Program-made: the position numbers and the translations under genes
Assembly (NCBI GenBank): GCA_944391065.1
Contig: CALXSH010000002.1
Location: 7,755-71,754 of the forward strand
Length of the DNA stretch: 64,000 bases
From: an uncultured Kiritimatiellota bacterium
GTDB lineage: Bacteria > Verrucomicrobiota > Kiritimatiellia > RFP12 > DVOR01
Direction of reading: 5' to 3'
The notes under the pieces: generated by a model
Databases searched by the model: none
What the model was told of the DNA's origin: nothing
Seen by the model: the letters and a program-made list of their open reading frames with translations, nothing else
In this document: positions 1-10,036 of the stretch, piece by piece
Position numbering within the stretch: the stretch's first letter is position 1
Layout of the letters: the number at the start of each line of letters is the position of its first letter

Positions 1-59
1 TCTGAAGCGGCTGAAGCGTGCGCCCCCCAGAGGCGTGAGGCCGAAATTCCGGGCGGGAT

Positions 60-89
60 TTGACATCCGGAAGCGGAATAAGGTATTAT
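60..89 (+). promoter_or_regulatory. Putative sigma70 promoter for secG operon: -35 TTGACA (60-65), 18-nt spacer, -10 TATTAT (84-89)
   Basis: Near-consensus hexamers read directly in sequence; RBS AAAGGAA at 111-117 precedes ATG at 123. Confidence 0.5.
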
Positions 90-122
90 GACGCGGTTTT
101 TTTACCGAAAAGGAATCCGTTT

Positions 123-440
123 ATGACGATTGTGCTTGGCCTGTTGCTCGTGGTTGAGGTTATTGTTGCGCTGCTGATGGTGGCGGTGGTTATGCTTCAG
201 CCCCCGAAAGATCAGTCCGGCGGCATGGGCGCTGCCTTCGGCGGCGGCTTCGGCGAAGAGGTCTTCGGCGGCCGGGTCGGCAACGTGCTGACGCGGACGA
301 CGGTTGTCCTCGGTATTATTCTCATTCTCAACAGCCTGTTGCTGGCTTACCTGATGCGCGGCGGCGTGAAGAGCGGTTCGCTGGCCGAGCAGGCCGCGGC
401 TCCTGCCGTGCCTGCCGAACCGGCCAATCCCGCGCTCTGA
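123..440 (+). CDS. secG: Preprotein translocase subunit SecG
   Basis: Two TM helices flanking a Gly-rich loop (MTIVLGLLLVVEVIVALLMVAVVMLQPPKDQSGGMGAAFGGG) typical of SecG; internal ATG at 123 with RBS preferred over the track start at 60. Confidence 0.8.
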   Translation: MTIVLGLLLVVEVIVALLMVAVVMLQPPKDQSGGMGAAFGGGFGEEVFGGRVGNVLTRTTVVLGIILILNSLLLAYLMRGGVKSGSLAEQAAAPAVPAEPANPAL

Positions 441-464
441 CCGCGCCTGACGAACGGAGGATTT

Positions 465-716
465 ATGAATCTCGAAATGCTTGAAAAGGCCCGTATCCGT
501 GTGCCCAGCATCCCCGTGCTGGTCAATCTCGTCTCCCAGCGCACGCGCCAGCTGAACCGCGGTGAGCGCCCCTTCCTGCGCCCGCTCTCGCCCTTTGAAG
601 ACAAGTCCGACATCGCGCTCCGCGAAATCGCCGAGGGCCTGGTCGTCGCCCAGGTCGACATGAAGGCCGTCGAGGAGCACGAGGAAGCCCAGGCCCGCTG
701 GGCGACCCATCACTGA
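465..716 (+). CDS. rpoZ: DNA-directed RNA polymerase subunit omega
   Basis: 83 aa; motifs SQRTRQL and IALREIAEG match the RpoZ family. Confidence 0.7.
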   Translation: MNLEMLEKARIRVPSIPVLVNLVSQRTRQLNRGERPFLRPLSPFEDKSDIALREIAEGLVVAQVDMKAVEEHEEAQARWATHH

Positions 717-727
717 GACTGACGCCC

Positions 728-1216
728 ATGGCTTCGGACCGGAAGAACCGGCACGCCGCGAACGGCAACCTTGTCGTCAACCGTAAGGCGACGCACGATT
801 ATACGGTTCTGGAGCGTTTCGAAGCCGGCATCGAACTGGTGGGGACGGAGGTCAAGGTCCTGCGCAACGGCGAGGGCGGCCTGCTCGGCGCCTGGTGCAA
901 GATCGACGAGCGCAACGAGCTCTGGCTGATGCAGGTGCGTATCCCGCCCTACGCCTTCGGCAACCGGTTCAACCATGAGCAGCTGCGCACCCGCCGCCTG
1001 CTCATGCACAAGAAGGAAATTCTCCGCCTCAAGGCGAAGACCGAGCAGAAGGGGCTCTCCCTGATTCCCCTGCGGCTCTATCTGAATCCCCGAGGCAAGG
1101 TGAAAGTGGAACTCGCCCTGTGTCAGGGCAAACAGCTGCATGACCGTCGCGAGACGGAGAAGCGGCGCGAGGCAGACCGGGCGGCGCAGCGCGCGACCCG
1201 CCACTTCTGCCGATAA
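728..1216 (+). CDS. smpB: SsrA-binding protein SmpB
   Basis: NRKATHDY...GIELVGTEVKVLRNG signature, C-terminal basic tail. Confidence 0.9.
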   Translation: MASDRKNRHAANGNLVVNRKATHDYTVLERFEAGIELVGTEVKVLRNGEGGLLGAWCKIDERNELWLMQVRIPPYAFGNRFNHEQLRTRRLLMHKKEILRLKAKTEQKGLSLIPLRLYLNPRGKVKVELALCQGKQLHDRRETEKRREADRAAQRATRHFCR

Positions 1217-1245
1217 CCCCAAACTGAATCAAGGAGTGCTTCATC

Positions 1246-1461
1246 ATGCGTCCCGGACTTTGGCAGATTCTCATCGTCGTTCTCATCATCGCCGTCATTT
1301 TCGGCGCCAAGAAGATTCCCGAAATCGCCCGCGCCATCGGCCGCTCTTCCGGTGAATTCAAGAAGGGCCTGCGCGAAGGCAACGAAGCCGCCGCGGCTTC
1401 CGCCGAGGATATCCGCAAGAATCTCCTGGACGGCGAGAAGGACGAGTCCAAGAAGGCCTGA
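1246..1461 (+). CDS. tatA: Twin-arginine translocase subunit TatA/E
   Basis: 71 aa; N-terminal TM helix then amphipathic helix (ILIVVLIIAVIFGAKKIPEIARAIGRS). Confidence 0.9.
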   Translation: MRPGLWQILIVVLIIAVIFGAKKIPEIARAIGRSSGEFKKGLREGNEAAAASAEDIRKNLLDGEKDESKKA

Positions 1462-1499
1462 GCCCGTCACCGCACGGATTGATGCCTGACTGCAGCGCC

Positions 1500-2057
1500 A
1501 TGAAAGAAAGCACCGCCGTTTATCCCGGAACCTTCGACCCGATGACCAAGGGCCACTTCGACCTCATCCTTCGAAGCGCCGCGCTCTTCGACCGTCTGGT
1601 CGTCGCCGTCGCCGGAGTCTCCCCCAAGCCCACGCGCCTCTTCGGAATTCAGGAGCGCATGGACATGGTGCGCGAGTGCCTCGATGAGGCCGGCATCGAC
1701 AATGTCGAGGTCATGCCGCTTGACTGTCTGCTCATTGCCTTCTGCCGCCGCCACGGAATCCGCTCCGTCGTGCGCGGCCTGCGCGCCTACAGCGATTTCG
1801 AATACGAATTTCAGATGGCCCTGACCAACCGTCAGCTGGCCCCTGAGGTCGAAACCCTCTTTATGATGCCTAACGAGGAGCACAGCTACATCACGGCCTC
1901 GACCGTCCGTGAGGTGGCCCGGTACGGCGGCGCTACCGCCCATTTCGTCCCGGCGTGCGTCGAGCGGCACCTGAGAGCCTATTTCAAAGCCCATCCCGAA
2001 CAGTTGGTCGGAAAGGCAGGCGACGACATTGGAAACACCGGCGCGTTTGATCGTTGA
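1500..2057 (+). CDS. coaD: Phosphopantetheine adenylyltransferase CoaD, with C-terminal extension
   Basis: AVYPGTFDPMTKGH nucleotidyltransferase motif; start taken at ATG 1500 (MKEST) by homology rather than the track TTG at 1479. Confidence 0.8.
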   Translation: MKESTAVYPGTFDPMTKGHFDLILRSAALFDRLVVAVAGVSPKPTRLFGIQERMDMVRECLDEAGIDNVEVMPLDCLLIAFCRRHGIRSVVRGLRAYSDFEYEFQMALTNRQLAPEVETLFMMPNEEHSYITASTVREVARYGGATAHFVPACVERHLRAYFKAHPEQLVGKAGDDIGNTGAFDR

Positions 2058-2517
2058 TCTCGGCCGCCTCGACGGCGGACGGACGTCGCATGAGGAGGGG
2101 CTCCTGGATCAGGCCCTCCTCGAACTCGACGATCTCGAGCAGCTCCGTCCCGCGGGGCCGCTGGCCTATTGTCTCGATGCCGAACTTCTTCCCGGCGGCG
2201 AACTGCTTGTGCGCGGCACGCTTACGCTCCGCTGCGACTGCGTCTGCAGCCGCTGCGGCGGGGATTTCGCCGCCGACTTCGGGGTGGATGATTACTGTGA
2301 GACCTTTGAAGTGCAGGGCCTCGAAACCCTGGACTTGACGGATTCGGTGCGGGAGAGTATTATTCTCGCCCTTCCGTCGTACCCGCTCTGTAAGGAAGAC
2401 TGCAAAGGCGTATGCCTGCGCTGCGGTCAGGACCTTAACGCGGGACCGTGTGCATGCGGGCGCGAGGGACGGGAGTCCCCCTGGGCCGCGCTCGATGCCT
2501 TGACGCCTGAGGCGTAA
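2029..2517 (+). CDS. yceD: YceD/DUF177 family protein (23S rRNA accumulation protein), Cys-rich C-terminus
   Basis: Conserved position directly upstream of rpmF-plsX; CxxC...CxxC C-terminal motifs; exact start uncertain (overlaps coaD 3' end). Confidence 0.7.
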   Translation: METPARLIVDLGRLDGGRTSHEEGLLDQALLELDDLEQLRPAGPLAYCLDAELLPGGELLVRGTLTLRCDCVCSRCGGDFAADFGVDDYCETFEVQGLETLDLTDSVRESIILALPSYPLCKEDCKGVCLRCGQDLNAGPCACGREGRESPWAALDALTPEA

Positions 2518-2552
2518 AGCAACTGTGATGTTAGAAGAAAGCGAGTCACACT

Positions 2553-2732
2553 ATGGCAGTTCCGAAACGTAAAAAGTCCAAAATGCGCGTCCGTCAGCGT
2601 CGTGCTCAGATCAAGGCCGCGGTCCCCAGCGTGGTGACCTGCGAATGCGGCGCCCCCCGTCTGGCCCATCGTGCCTGCCCCTCCTGCGGCAAGTACAACG
2701 GCCGTGACGTGCTGAGCGACGCCCAGGCCTAA
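2553..2732 (+). CDS. rpmF: 50S ribosomal protein L32
   Basis: 59-aa ORF MAVPKRKKSKMRVRQRRAQ... with CxxC...CxxC zinc ribbon; below the 60-aa track cutoff, found by manual translation. Confidence 0.9.
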   Translation: MAVPKRKKSKMRVRQRRAQIKAAVPSVVTCECGAPRLAHRACPSCGKYNGRDVLSDAQA

Positions 2733-2794
2733 GGCCCGGGCGCGTTCGACCGGATGAGATTCCGGAGGGTATTCCCGAGGAAAAGGAGGGAGAA

Positions 2795-3895
2795 ATGCGG
2801 ATTGCACTGGATGCGATGGGAGGCGACAACGCCCCTTATGAAGTCGTGTGGGGCGGCGTTGAGGCCGCGGCCGTGTCCGATGACACGATTGTCCTCGTCG
2901 GTGACGAGGCGGCCGTGCGTCAGGCGCTCTCCGTCAGACACCCGAAGGTCCGGCATGATGCCGAGGCCCTCCTGAATTCCGGAAAACTCTCCATCGTCCA
3001 TACCGACGAATCGATTGCGATGGATGACGCGCCCGCCGCGGCCGTCCGTCGCAAGAAAAACTGTTCGATCAACGTCTGTATGCGGATGGTCAAGGACGGC
3101 ACCGCCGACGCGGCCGTCTCCGCCGGAAACTCCGGCGCGATGGCCGCGTCCGCCCTGTTCATCCTGGGCCGCATCAAGGGCGTCGCCCGCCCTGCGATCG
3201 CGACCGTGCTCCCCACGGCCGCCGCCGACCGGCCCCTGCTGCTGCTTGACGCCGGTGCCAATACCGACTGCCATCATGAGTGGCTGCGTCAGTTCGCCGT
3301 CATGGGTGACGTCTATTCGCGTCTCGTGCTCGGGCGCGAAACGCCCCGTATTGGCCTTATGAGCATCGGTACGGAGGACTGCAAGGGCAACGAGATGACC
3401 AAGCGGACCTTCTTCCTCCTCCGCGACTACACCCCCGGTATCGATTTCCGCGGCAACGTCGAAGGTCATGACGTTTACGCCGGCGAGACGGACGTCATCG
3501 TCTGTGACGGCTTCGTCGGCAACGTCATCCTCAAGACCTCCGAGAGCTGCGCTCATGCCATCAGCGGCTGGCTCAAGCGCCTGCTGACCGAACGCTTCAT
3601 TTACAAACTCGCCGCCCTCGTGCTGATGCCGGGTCTGCGCCGTCTGAAGCATCACATGGACCCGGAGATTTATGGCGGCGCCCCGCTGCTGGGCGTGCCC
3701 GGCGCGGTCATCATCACTCACGGAGCCTCCTCCTACCGTGCCATTGCCTATGCCTGCAGGGCCGGTTCCCTCGCCGCCAAGCACAACGTCTCCGCTCAGA
3801 TCGCCACGCGCATCACCGAGCTTCCCGAGGCCCCGCTGGACGACGAACTCGAGGCCTCCGCCCACCGCGCGGCCTCCGCCGCGGCCAAGGCTTGA
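2795..3895 (+). CDS. plsX: Phosphate acyltransferase PlsX
   Basis: MRIALDAMGGDNAP N-terminus; strong RBS AGGAGG upstream. Confidence 0.9.
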   Translation: MRIALDAMGGDNAPYEVVWGGVEAAAVSDDTIVLVGDEAAVRQALSVRHPKVRHDAEALLNSGKLSIVHTDESIAMDDAPAAAVRRKKNCSINVCMRMVKDGTADAAVSAGNSGAMAASALFILGRIKGVARPAIATVLPTAAADRPLLLLDAGANTDCHHEWLRQFAVMGDVYSRLVLGRETPRIGLMSIGTEDCKGNEMTKRTFFLLRDYTPGIDFRGNVEGHDVYAGETDVIVCDGFVGNVILKTSESCAHAISGWLKRLLTERFIYKLAALVLMPGLRRLKHHMDPEIYGGAPLLGVPGAVIITHGASSYRAIAYACRAGSLAAKHNVSAQIATRITELPEAPLDDELEASAHRAASAAAKA

Positions 3896-3951
3896 TTTTA
3901 CGCGGCCAAAACGCTAGACTAGGCATCGAAATACAGGAAAGGATATCCACC

Positions 3952-4872
3952 ATGCTGAATTGTTTCTTCGCCGGTCAGGGCGCGCAGTTCCCCGGAATGG
4001 GCAAGGATCTCGCCGAGAGCGATCCCGAGATCATGGCGCTTTTTGACCGTGCCAACGAGGTGCTCGGTTTCGACATCAAGACCCTCTGTTTCGAAGGTCC
4101 CGCCGAGGCCCTGACGAAGTCCGACGTCTGCCAGCCTGCCATCTTCATTGTCTCCATGGCCTGCTACACCGCGTTCCGCAAGGCCTGCCCGGAGGTCCGC
4201 TTCGACGCGGCCGCCGGTCTCTCCCTCGGCGAGTGGACCGCGCTCTGCGCCGCCGGCGTCCTCGATTTTGAGACGACCCTGCGTATCCTTCAGGCTCGCG
4301 GCCGTTATATGCAGGATGCCTGCGAGGCCCGTCCCTCCGGCATGATTTCCGTCATGGGCGCCACGCCCGAGCAGCTTGCGGCCATCTGCGAGGGTTCCGG
4401 TTGCACCGTCTCCAACATCAACTCGGATGCCCAGCAGGTCATCTCCGGTACGCATGAGGCCGTCGCCAAGGCCGCCGAACTGGCCACCGCCGCGGGCGTC
4501 AAGAATGTCGTCCTGCAGGTCGCCGGCGCCTTCCATTCACCCTTCATGACCCCGGCCCGTGAGCGTCTGGCCGAGTTTGTCCGCGACATTCCCTTCGGCA
4601 AGCCGACGATGCCCGTGCTCTCCAATGCGACCGGCACCTTCCACGCCGAGGACGGCGAGGCCATCAAGGCCGCCATGCTCACCCAGGTCGATCACCCCGT
4701 CCACTTCTCCGACTGCGTCCGCAGCGTGATGAAGGGCGGCGATCTCTTCGTCGAATTCGGTCCCGGCAAGGTGCTCTCCGGCCTGATCCGCCGCATCAAC
4801 AAGGCCAATGGTGTCACCAACGTCCAGGATACGGCCTCTCTCACCGCAACCATCGCCAAGGTCAACGCCTAA
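3952..4872 (+). CDS. fabD: Malonyl-CoA:ACP transacylase FabD
   Basis: FAGQGAQFPGMG and GLSLGEW active-site serine motif; internal ATG at 3952 with RBS. Confidence 0.9.
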   Translation: MLNCFFAGQGAQFPGMGKDLAESDPEIMALFDRANEVLGFDIKTLCFEGPAEALTKSDVCQPAIFIVSMACYTAFRKACPEVRFDAAAGLSLGEWTALCAAGVLDFETTLRILQARGRYMQDACEARPSGMISVMGATPEQLAAICEGSGCTVSNINSDAQQVISGTHEAVAKAAELATAAGVKNVVLQVAGAFHSPFMTPARERLAEFVRDIPFGKPTMPVLSNATGTFHAEDGEAIKAAMLTQVDHPVHFSDCVRSVMKGGDLFVEFGPGKVLSGLIRRINKANGVTNVQDTASLTATIAKVNA

Positions 4873-4894
4873 GCGTCTACGAAAGGAAATGAAT

Positions 4895-5659
4895 ATGTCC
4901 GATTTCACTGGCAAAGTCGCTCTCGTCACCGGCTCCGGCGGCGGTATCGGTCTGGCTACGGCCAAGGCCTTCGCGTCCCGCGGCGCCGACGTGGCCCTGC
5001 TCGACTTCAATCCTGCGCTGCTTGAGACCGCCCTCCCCGAGGTGCAGGCCTTCGGTCACCGCGTCATTACCATTCAGTGTGATGTCTCCAAAGCCGACCA
5101 GGTCGAGGCTGCCGTCAAGAAGACTGTCGATGAACTCGGTCGTCTGGACATCTTGGTGAACAACGCCGGCATCACCCGCGACAACCTCCTCCTGCGTATG
5201 GACGAGGCGGAGTGGGACGCCGTGCTCACGACCAACCTCAAGTCGGTCTTCCTCTTCTCCAAGGCGGTCATCCGCCCGATGGGCAAGAACCGCGGCGCCG
5301 ACGGCAAGCCCTGCGGCGGGTGCATCGTCAACACCGCCTCCGTCATCGGCCTCTTCGGCAATGTCGGCCAGGCCAACTACGGCGCTGCCAAGGCCGGCGT
5401 AATCAACTTTACGAAGACTTTCGCCAAGGAATACGGCCGTAAGAACATCCGCTGCAACGCGGTCGCCCCGGGCTTCATCAAGACCCGCATGACCGATGTC
5501 CTCTCCCAGGAAGCCAAGGATCGCATGACCTCCCTCATCCCGCTCTCCCGTCTTGGCGAAGCCGAGGATGTCGCCAAGGCCATCGTCTTCCTTGCCTCCG
5601 ACGACGCCTCCTATATCACCGGTCAGACGCTTGCCGTGAGCGGCGGTATGGCTTTTTGA
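4895..5659 (+). CDS. fabG: 3-oxoacyl-ACP reductase FabG
   Basis: GKVALVTGSGGGIG Rossmann motif, catalytic NAG...YxxxK. Confidence 0.9.
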   Translation: MSDFTGKVALVTGSGGGIGLATAKAFASRGADVALLDFNPALLETALPEVQAFGHRVITIQCDVSKADQVEAAVKKTVDELGRLDILVNNAGITRDNLLLRMDEAEWDAVLTTNLKSVFLFSKAVIRPMGKNRGADGKPCGGCIVNTASVIGLFGNVGQANYGAAKAGVINFTKTFAKEYGRKNIRCNAVAPGFIKTRMTDVLSQEAKDRMTSLIPLSRLGEAEDVAKAIVFLASDDASYITGQTLAVSGGMAF

Positions 5660-5720
5660 TATACTATCACCAACGCATTTCCCATAAGGGAATTCAGAAA
5701 CAACCCAAGGAGTACAGAAC

Positions 5721-5960
5721 ATGTCCCTCGAACAGAAAGTTAAAGACATCATCGTCGATCAGCTTGGCGTCGATGCCGACCAGGTTACCCCCGAAGCTTC
5801 CTTCATCGATGACCTCAGCGCCGATTCTCTCGATCAGGTTGAGCTGATTATGGCCTTCGAAGAAGAATTCGGTGCCGAGATCCCGGACGAAGACGCCGAG
5901 AAGCTGACCACCGTCGGTGCTGTCATCAACTATCTGACGGAGAAGGGGATCACTGCCTAA
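5721..5960 (+). CDS. acpP: Acyl carrier protein
   Basis: 79 aa, DSL phosphopantetheine attachment motif ([11 protein letters not shown]). Confidence 0.95.
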   Translation: MSLEQKVKDIIVDQLGVDADQVTPEASFIDDLSADSLDQVELIMAFEEEFGAEIPDEDAEKLTTVGAVINYLTEKGITA

Positions 5961-5984
5961 TCGGTGAACTCCCGCTTCGCAAAC

Positions 5985-6020
5985 GAAGGCTGCCTCGCGG
6001 CGGCCTTCTTTTTTGTTTTC
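5985..6020 (+). terminator. Rho-independent terminator after acpP
   Basis: GAAGGCTGCC-TCGC-GGCGGCCTTC stem (one mismatch) followed by TTTTTTGTTTTC. Confidence 0.6.
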
Positions 6021-6096
6021 CGTTTCCGTTAGTTTTCAATGAATTGAGGTTTGAGGTCTGCCACGCGGGGGGCTTTTTGGTACAATTTGCGCTTCC

Positions 6097-7629
6097 ATGG
6101 CTAAACGCAAATCAGCATCCGGGAATCCCTCCGCCGGGAGCGGTTCCTTAGAAGACATTCCCGATCTGGCTCCGCCTGGGCGGTCCGTTCCGCAGAATAT
6201 TGACGCGGAGCGCGGCCTGCTTGGCGCCATTCTTGTCGATCCGGGCCGTGTGATGGACCTCTGTGTCTCGCGCGGCATCCTGCCCGAAGCCTTTTCCGAC
6301 CCGGCGCACCGGAGTATCTATACCGCCGTTGAGAGCCTTTCTTCCAAGGGGCAACCCATCGATCCGGTGACCGTGTCCAACGTGCTCACGGTCATGGGGG
6401 AATTGGAGAAGGCCGGCGGCATCGCCGCCCTGACGACCCTCATTCAGGCCACCCCCTCGGGCGCGCATGCGGGCTTCTACGCCGATTTGGTCATGGAGCA
6501 GTACACCCGCCGCGCCATTCTCGGCACCGTCCGCCGCATCGAGGAGGAGGTCTACGACCCGACCCTTGCGGTCGATTACGTCCTGGGTAACGCCGAGCAG
6601 AACATTCTCCGTCTGGGTGAGAACCGCAATCCCTCCGGCGCGACGATGGCCGACTGGAAGACGGCCGTCGGCGAGACCATGGCTACCCTCGACCGTCAGC
6701 TCTCCAAGCCAGGCGCCATTTCCGGACTGCCGACCGGCTTCCGTCAGCTGGACGACAAGCTCCGCGGCATGCATCCGGGCGAAATGATCGTTTTGGCGGC
6801 CCGTCCCTCGATGGGCAAGACCTCGCTGGCGATGAACGTCGCCGAATGCGTCGCCCGTGGGCGTGATATCTTCTCCCGCCCCTTCAAGGAGGCTGACGGT
6901 CAGCTCCGCAAGCACGGCGTTTTGGTCTTTTCCCTCGAAATGACGCAGATTCAGCTGACCACCCGTATGCTCTGCGGCCTGGCCGGTGTCTCGGCCTATG
7001 AGATTGAGCGCGGCCTTGTGCGCCGCGACATGGCGCTCGCCAAGCTCACCTCCGCGGCCGCCGAACTCTCCGATCTTCCGATCCGCTGCGACGACCAGAG
7101 CGGCCTGGACGTCATGGACCTGCGCGCCCGCGCCCGCCATGTCGCCAAGAAGACGAAGATTGAGCTGATCGTCATCGACTACCTTCAGCTGCTGAACCAC
7201 CGCGAGTTCGCCAAGCAGGGTCAGCAGATCATGGTCTCCAAGATTTCCGGCGAGATCAAGGCGATGGCCAAGGAGCTCAATGTGCCGGTGCTGATTCTCT
7301 CGCAGCTCTCTCGCGCGCCGGAGCAGCGCCCCGGGGCCGACGCCAAGCCGAAATGCTCCGACCTGCGCGATTCGGGCGCCATTGAGCAGGATGCCGACGT
7401 CATCCTGCTGCTGCGCCGTCCCTCGCGCATGTCGCCGCGTACCGAGGGTGCGGACGATCCGCGCCTGGCCATCGTTGACGTGGCCAAGAACCGCAACGGC
7501 CCGACCGGTGAAGTCGAGCTCAATTTTGACGGTCACCTGACCCGTTTCTCTGACCGTCTGACCCCTTCCCCCGATGCCGTTACCGGGGATATGGAGCCTG
7601 TCAGCGCTCCCCCCGTTCCTCAGGAGTAA
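6097..7629 (+). CDS. dnaB: Replicative DNA helicase DnaB
   Basis: N-terminal DnaB domain (ERGLLGAIL), Walker A PSMGKTS, RecA-like C-terminal domain; about 30-aa N-terminal extension. Confidence 0.9.
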   Translation: MAKRKSASGNPSAGSGSLEDIPDLAPPGRSVPQNIDAERGLLGAILVDPGRVMDLCVSRGILPEAFSDPAHRSIYTAVESLSSKGQPIDPVTVSNVLTVMGELEKAGGIAALTTLIQATPSGAHAGFYADLVMEQYTRRAILGTVRRIEEEVYDPTLAVDYVLGNAEQNILRLGENRNPSGATMADWKTAVGETMATLDRQLSKPGAISGLPTGFRQLDDKLRGMHPGEMIVLAARPSMGKTSLAMNVAECVARGRDIFSRPFKEADGQLRKHGVLVFSLEMTQIQLTTRMLCGLAGVSAYEIERGLVRRDMALAKLTSAAAELSDLPIRCDDQSGLDVMDLRARARHVAKKTKIELIVIDYLQLLNHREFAKQGQQIMVSKISGEIKAMAKELNVPVLILSQLSRAPEQRPGADAKPKCSDLRDSGAIEQDADVILLLRRPSRMSPRTEGADDPRLAIVDVAKNRNGPTGEVELNFDGHLTRFSDRLTPSPDAVTGDMEPVSAPPVPQE

Positions 7630-7635
7630 TCCACC

Positions 7636-10014
7636 ATGTCCATGCGTATACTGCTTCCGACCGTCGGTTTCTTCGCGGCTTCCGCCGCGGCGGCTGCCCA
7701 GGTCACGGTCTCCGACGTCCGCGTCCGGGCCGACGACCATTTCGGCGTCGATCCGACAGAATCGGTCCTGGCTCTCTGCTCGGTCACGCCCGGAATGACG
7801 GACGAGCAGGCCAATATCCAGACCGCCATCAGCAATGACGTCCGCGAATTGCTCGGCACCCCTAACTACACCTCCGTCACGGCTGACCTCGGTGTCGACG
7901 AGAATGACAATTGGGTCGTCGTCTACACGGTCGTCCGTCGCCCGCAGTTGGCCGCCGCCCCCGCCGTCAGTGGCCTGGACGGGTCCATCTCCGCGGGCAA
8001 GGCGCTCGACGAACTGAAGCTCTCTTCCAACGACCCGATAGATGACACCGTCGCCTCCGCGGCCGCCTCCCGTCTCCGCGAGGCCATCCGCTCCCGTGAC
8101 TATCCCGACGCGACGGTCGATTATGAGATCCGCCATGCCGAGACGCCCGGTTATGCCTACGTGACCTTCCTTGTCAATCCCGGCAACGAGCGCGACATCC
8201 GTGATTATCTCTTCGAAGGCGCCACAGTCTATGATCACGACACCCTGGCCGGTCTCTTCGGGTGGAAACCCTTCTGGAACCCTATGGGCTGGTTCCAGGA
8301 TTATCCCGTGACCGACGAGAAGCTCGACGACGCCCGTGCCGTGGTCAACGGCCACTACGTCGACGCCGGTTACCTCGATGCCGTCGTGGAGAAGCCCGTT
8401 ATCCGCCCGATCGGAGACGTTGATGAGGGGCGTTGCGACGTGGTCTTCCCCGTGACCGAAGGCCCGCTCTATTCCGTCGGTGACATCACCGTCGAGGGCG
8501 CCACGACCTATCCGACCGAAAGCCTTCTTCAGGCCGCCCGTGACGTGCTGAAGCGGCGCGGCACCGTCGCCACCGCTGCGACACTTGAGGAGATCCGTAC
8601 CGCCCTGACCGACTATTACGGTTCGCGCGGTTACGTTGACACCTATGCCGATATGCGCGTCCGCGGCCGCGCCGACGGCACGCCCACGGTCGATCTCGAC
8701 TTCACCCTCACCGAGGGCGAGCGCGTGACCATCGGCCGTATCGATATCCGCGGCAATACCATCACGCAGGACAAAGTCATCCGCCGCGAGTTGGTCATCC
8801 AGCCCGGCGAGCCCTATGACGTCCGCCTCGTCAAGCGCTCCGAATCGCGCCTGCAAAACCTCAACTATTTCCTGCCCAAGGAGGAGAGCGGCGTCACCTC
8901 CTACACGGTCAAGACCGCCGAACCCGGCGTGCGCGACCTGGTCTTCAACGTCCGCGAGAAGGAGACCGGCAAGTACGGCCTCGGTGTCGGCGTGAGCAGC
9001 ATCGACAGCGTATTTGTCTTCGCCTCCGCCGAGCAGAACAACTTTGACCTCTTCAACCCCTCCAACGGCTTCCGCGGCGGCGGCCAGCGCGCCCGCGTCG
9101 GCGTCGAAATCGGTAACCGCCGTCAGACCGCCGAGGCCAGCTGGACGCAGCCCTGGCTCTTCGATATGCCGCTCTCCTTCGGTATCGACGCCTACCGCAA
9201 GCTCCGCTGGTACGACCACTACGACCAGTACAATACCGGTGCGGCCTTCACGCTCGCGTGGAAGCCGGTCCCGATCCCGATGCCGTGGGGCGATATCCAG
9301 CTCGACCGCATCGGCCTGCGCTATACGCTTGAGAAGGTCTCCTACGACGAGCCTTCCACGGCCCTTTACTACTACCATGGGCAGCCCTTCTCCTTCGCCA
9401 CGCAGGAGGACGGCGTGAACAGCAAGCTCCGCTTCTTCTGGAGCGAGAACCACCGTAATCAGCCCTTCTTCACGACCGGCGGCTGGGAATCCGACGTCTA
9501 CGCCGAAATCGGCGTTCTGGGCGATGCCAAGGACTACGGCTTCGGTTTCTCTGCCTCGAAGTGGTGGAATCCCTGGGGTGACCACGTGGTCATGGGCCGC
9601 TTCCGCTTCGATACCATCGAGGCCTACAGCGGCGACGTCCCGATGTTCGACCGCTTCTTCATCGGCGGCGGCCGTACCATTCGCGGTTTCGAATTCCGTG
9701 ACGGCGGTCCGAAGGCTTACGCCAACCGCAACGGCACCGGCGACCACGTTGCCGTCGGCGGCCAGACGCTCTGGTGCGGCACCCTCGAGTACGGCGTGCC
9801 GCTCATCGGTCCCCTGCGCGCCGTGGCCTTCACGGACTTCGGAGCCGTCGGCGAGGACTTTTTTGATCTCGGCGGCGAATTCCTGATGTCCGTCGGTCTC
9901 GGTCTTCGCCTCGACCTGCCCAACTTCCCGATCCGCCTCGACTTCGCCAAGCCGATCGTCAATGACGACGATACCGAGGAGGAGGTCTTCACCTTCTGGA
10001 TCGGCGTCGATTAA
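7636..10014 (+). CDS. bamA: Outer membrane protein assembly factor BamA (Omp85)
   Basis: 792 aa, signal peptide, POTRA-repeat region, C-terminal beta-barrel ending in aromatic residue (FTFWIGVD). Confidence 0.85.
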   Translation: MSMRILLPTVGFFAASAAAAAQVTVSDVRVRADDHFGVDPTESVLALCSVTPGMTDEQANIQTAISNDVRELLGTPNYTSVTADLGVDENDNWVVVYTVVRRPQLAAAPAVSGLDGSISAGKALDELKLSSNDPIDDTVASAAASRLREAIRSRDYPDATVDYEIRHAETPGYAYVTFLVNPGNERDIRDYLFEGATVYDHDTLAGLFGWKPFWNPMGWFQDYPVTDEKLDDARAVVNGHYVDAGYLDAVVEKPVIRPIGDVDEGRCDVVFPVTEGPLYSVGDITVEGATTYPTESLLQAARDVLKRRGTVATAATLEEIRTALTDYYGSRGYVDTYADMRVRGRADGTPTVDLDFTLTEGERVTIGRIDIRGNTITQDKVIRRELVIQPGEPYDVRLVKRSESRLQNLNYFLPKEESGVTSYTVKTAEPGVRDLVFNVREKETGKYGLGVGVSSIDSVFVFASAEQNNFDLFNPSNGFRGGGQRARVGVEIGNRRQTAEASWTQPWLFDMPLSFGIDAYRKLRWYDHYDQYNTGAAFTLAWKPVPIPMPWGDIQLDRIGLRYTLEKVSYDEPSTALYYYHGQPFSFATQEDGVNSKLRFFWSENHRNQPFFTTGGWESDVYAEIGVLGDAKDYGFGFSASKWWNPWGDHVVMGRFRFDTIEAYSGDVPMFDRFFIGGGRTIRGFEFRDGGPKAYANRNGTGDHVAVGGQTLWCGTLEYGVPLIGPLRAVAFTDFGAVGEDFFDLGGEFLMSVGLGLRLDLPNFPIRLDFAKPIVNDDDTEEEVFTFWIGVD

Positions 10015-10036
10015 CAGCAACACAAGGAGTACACAC

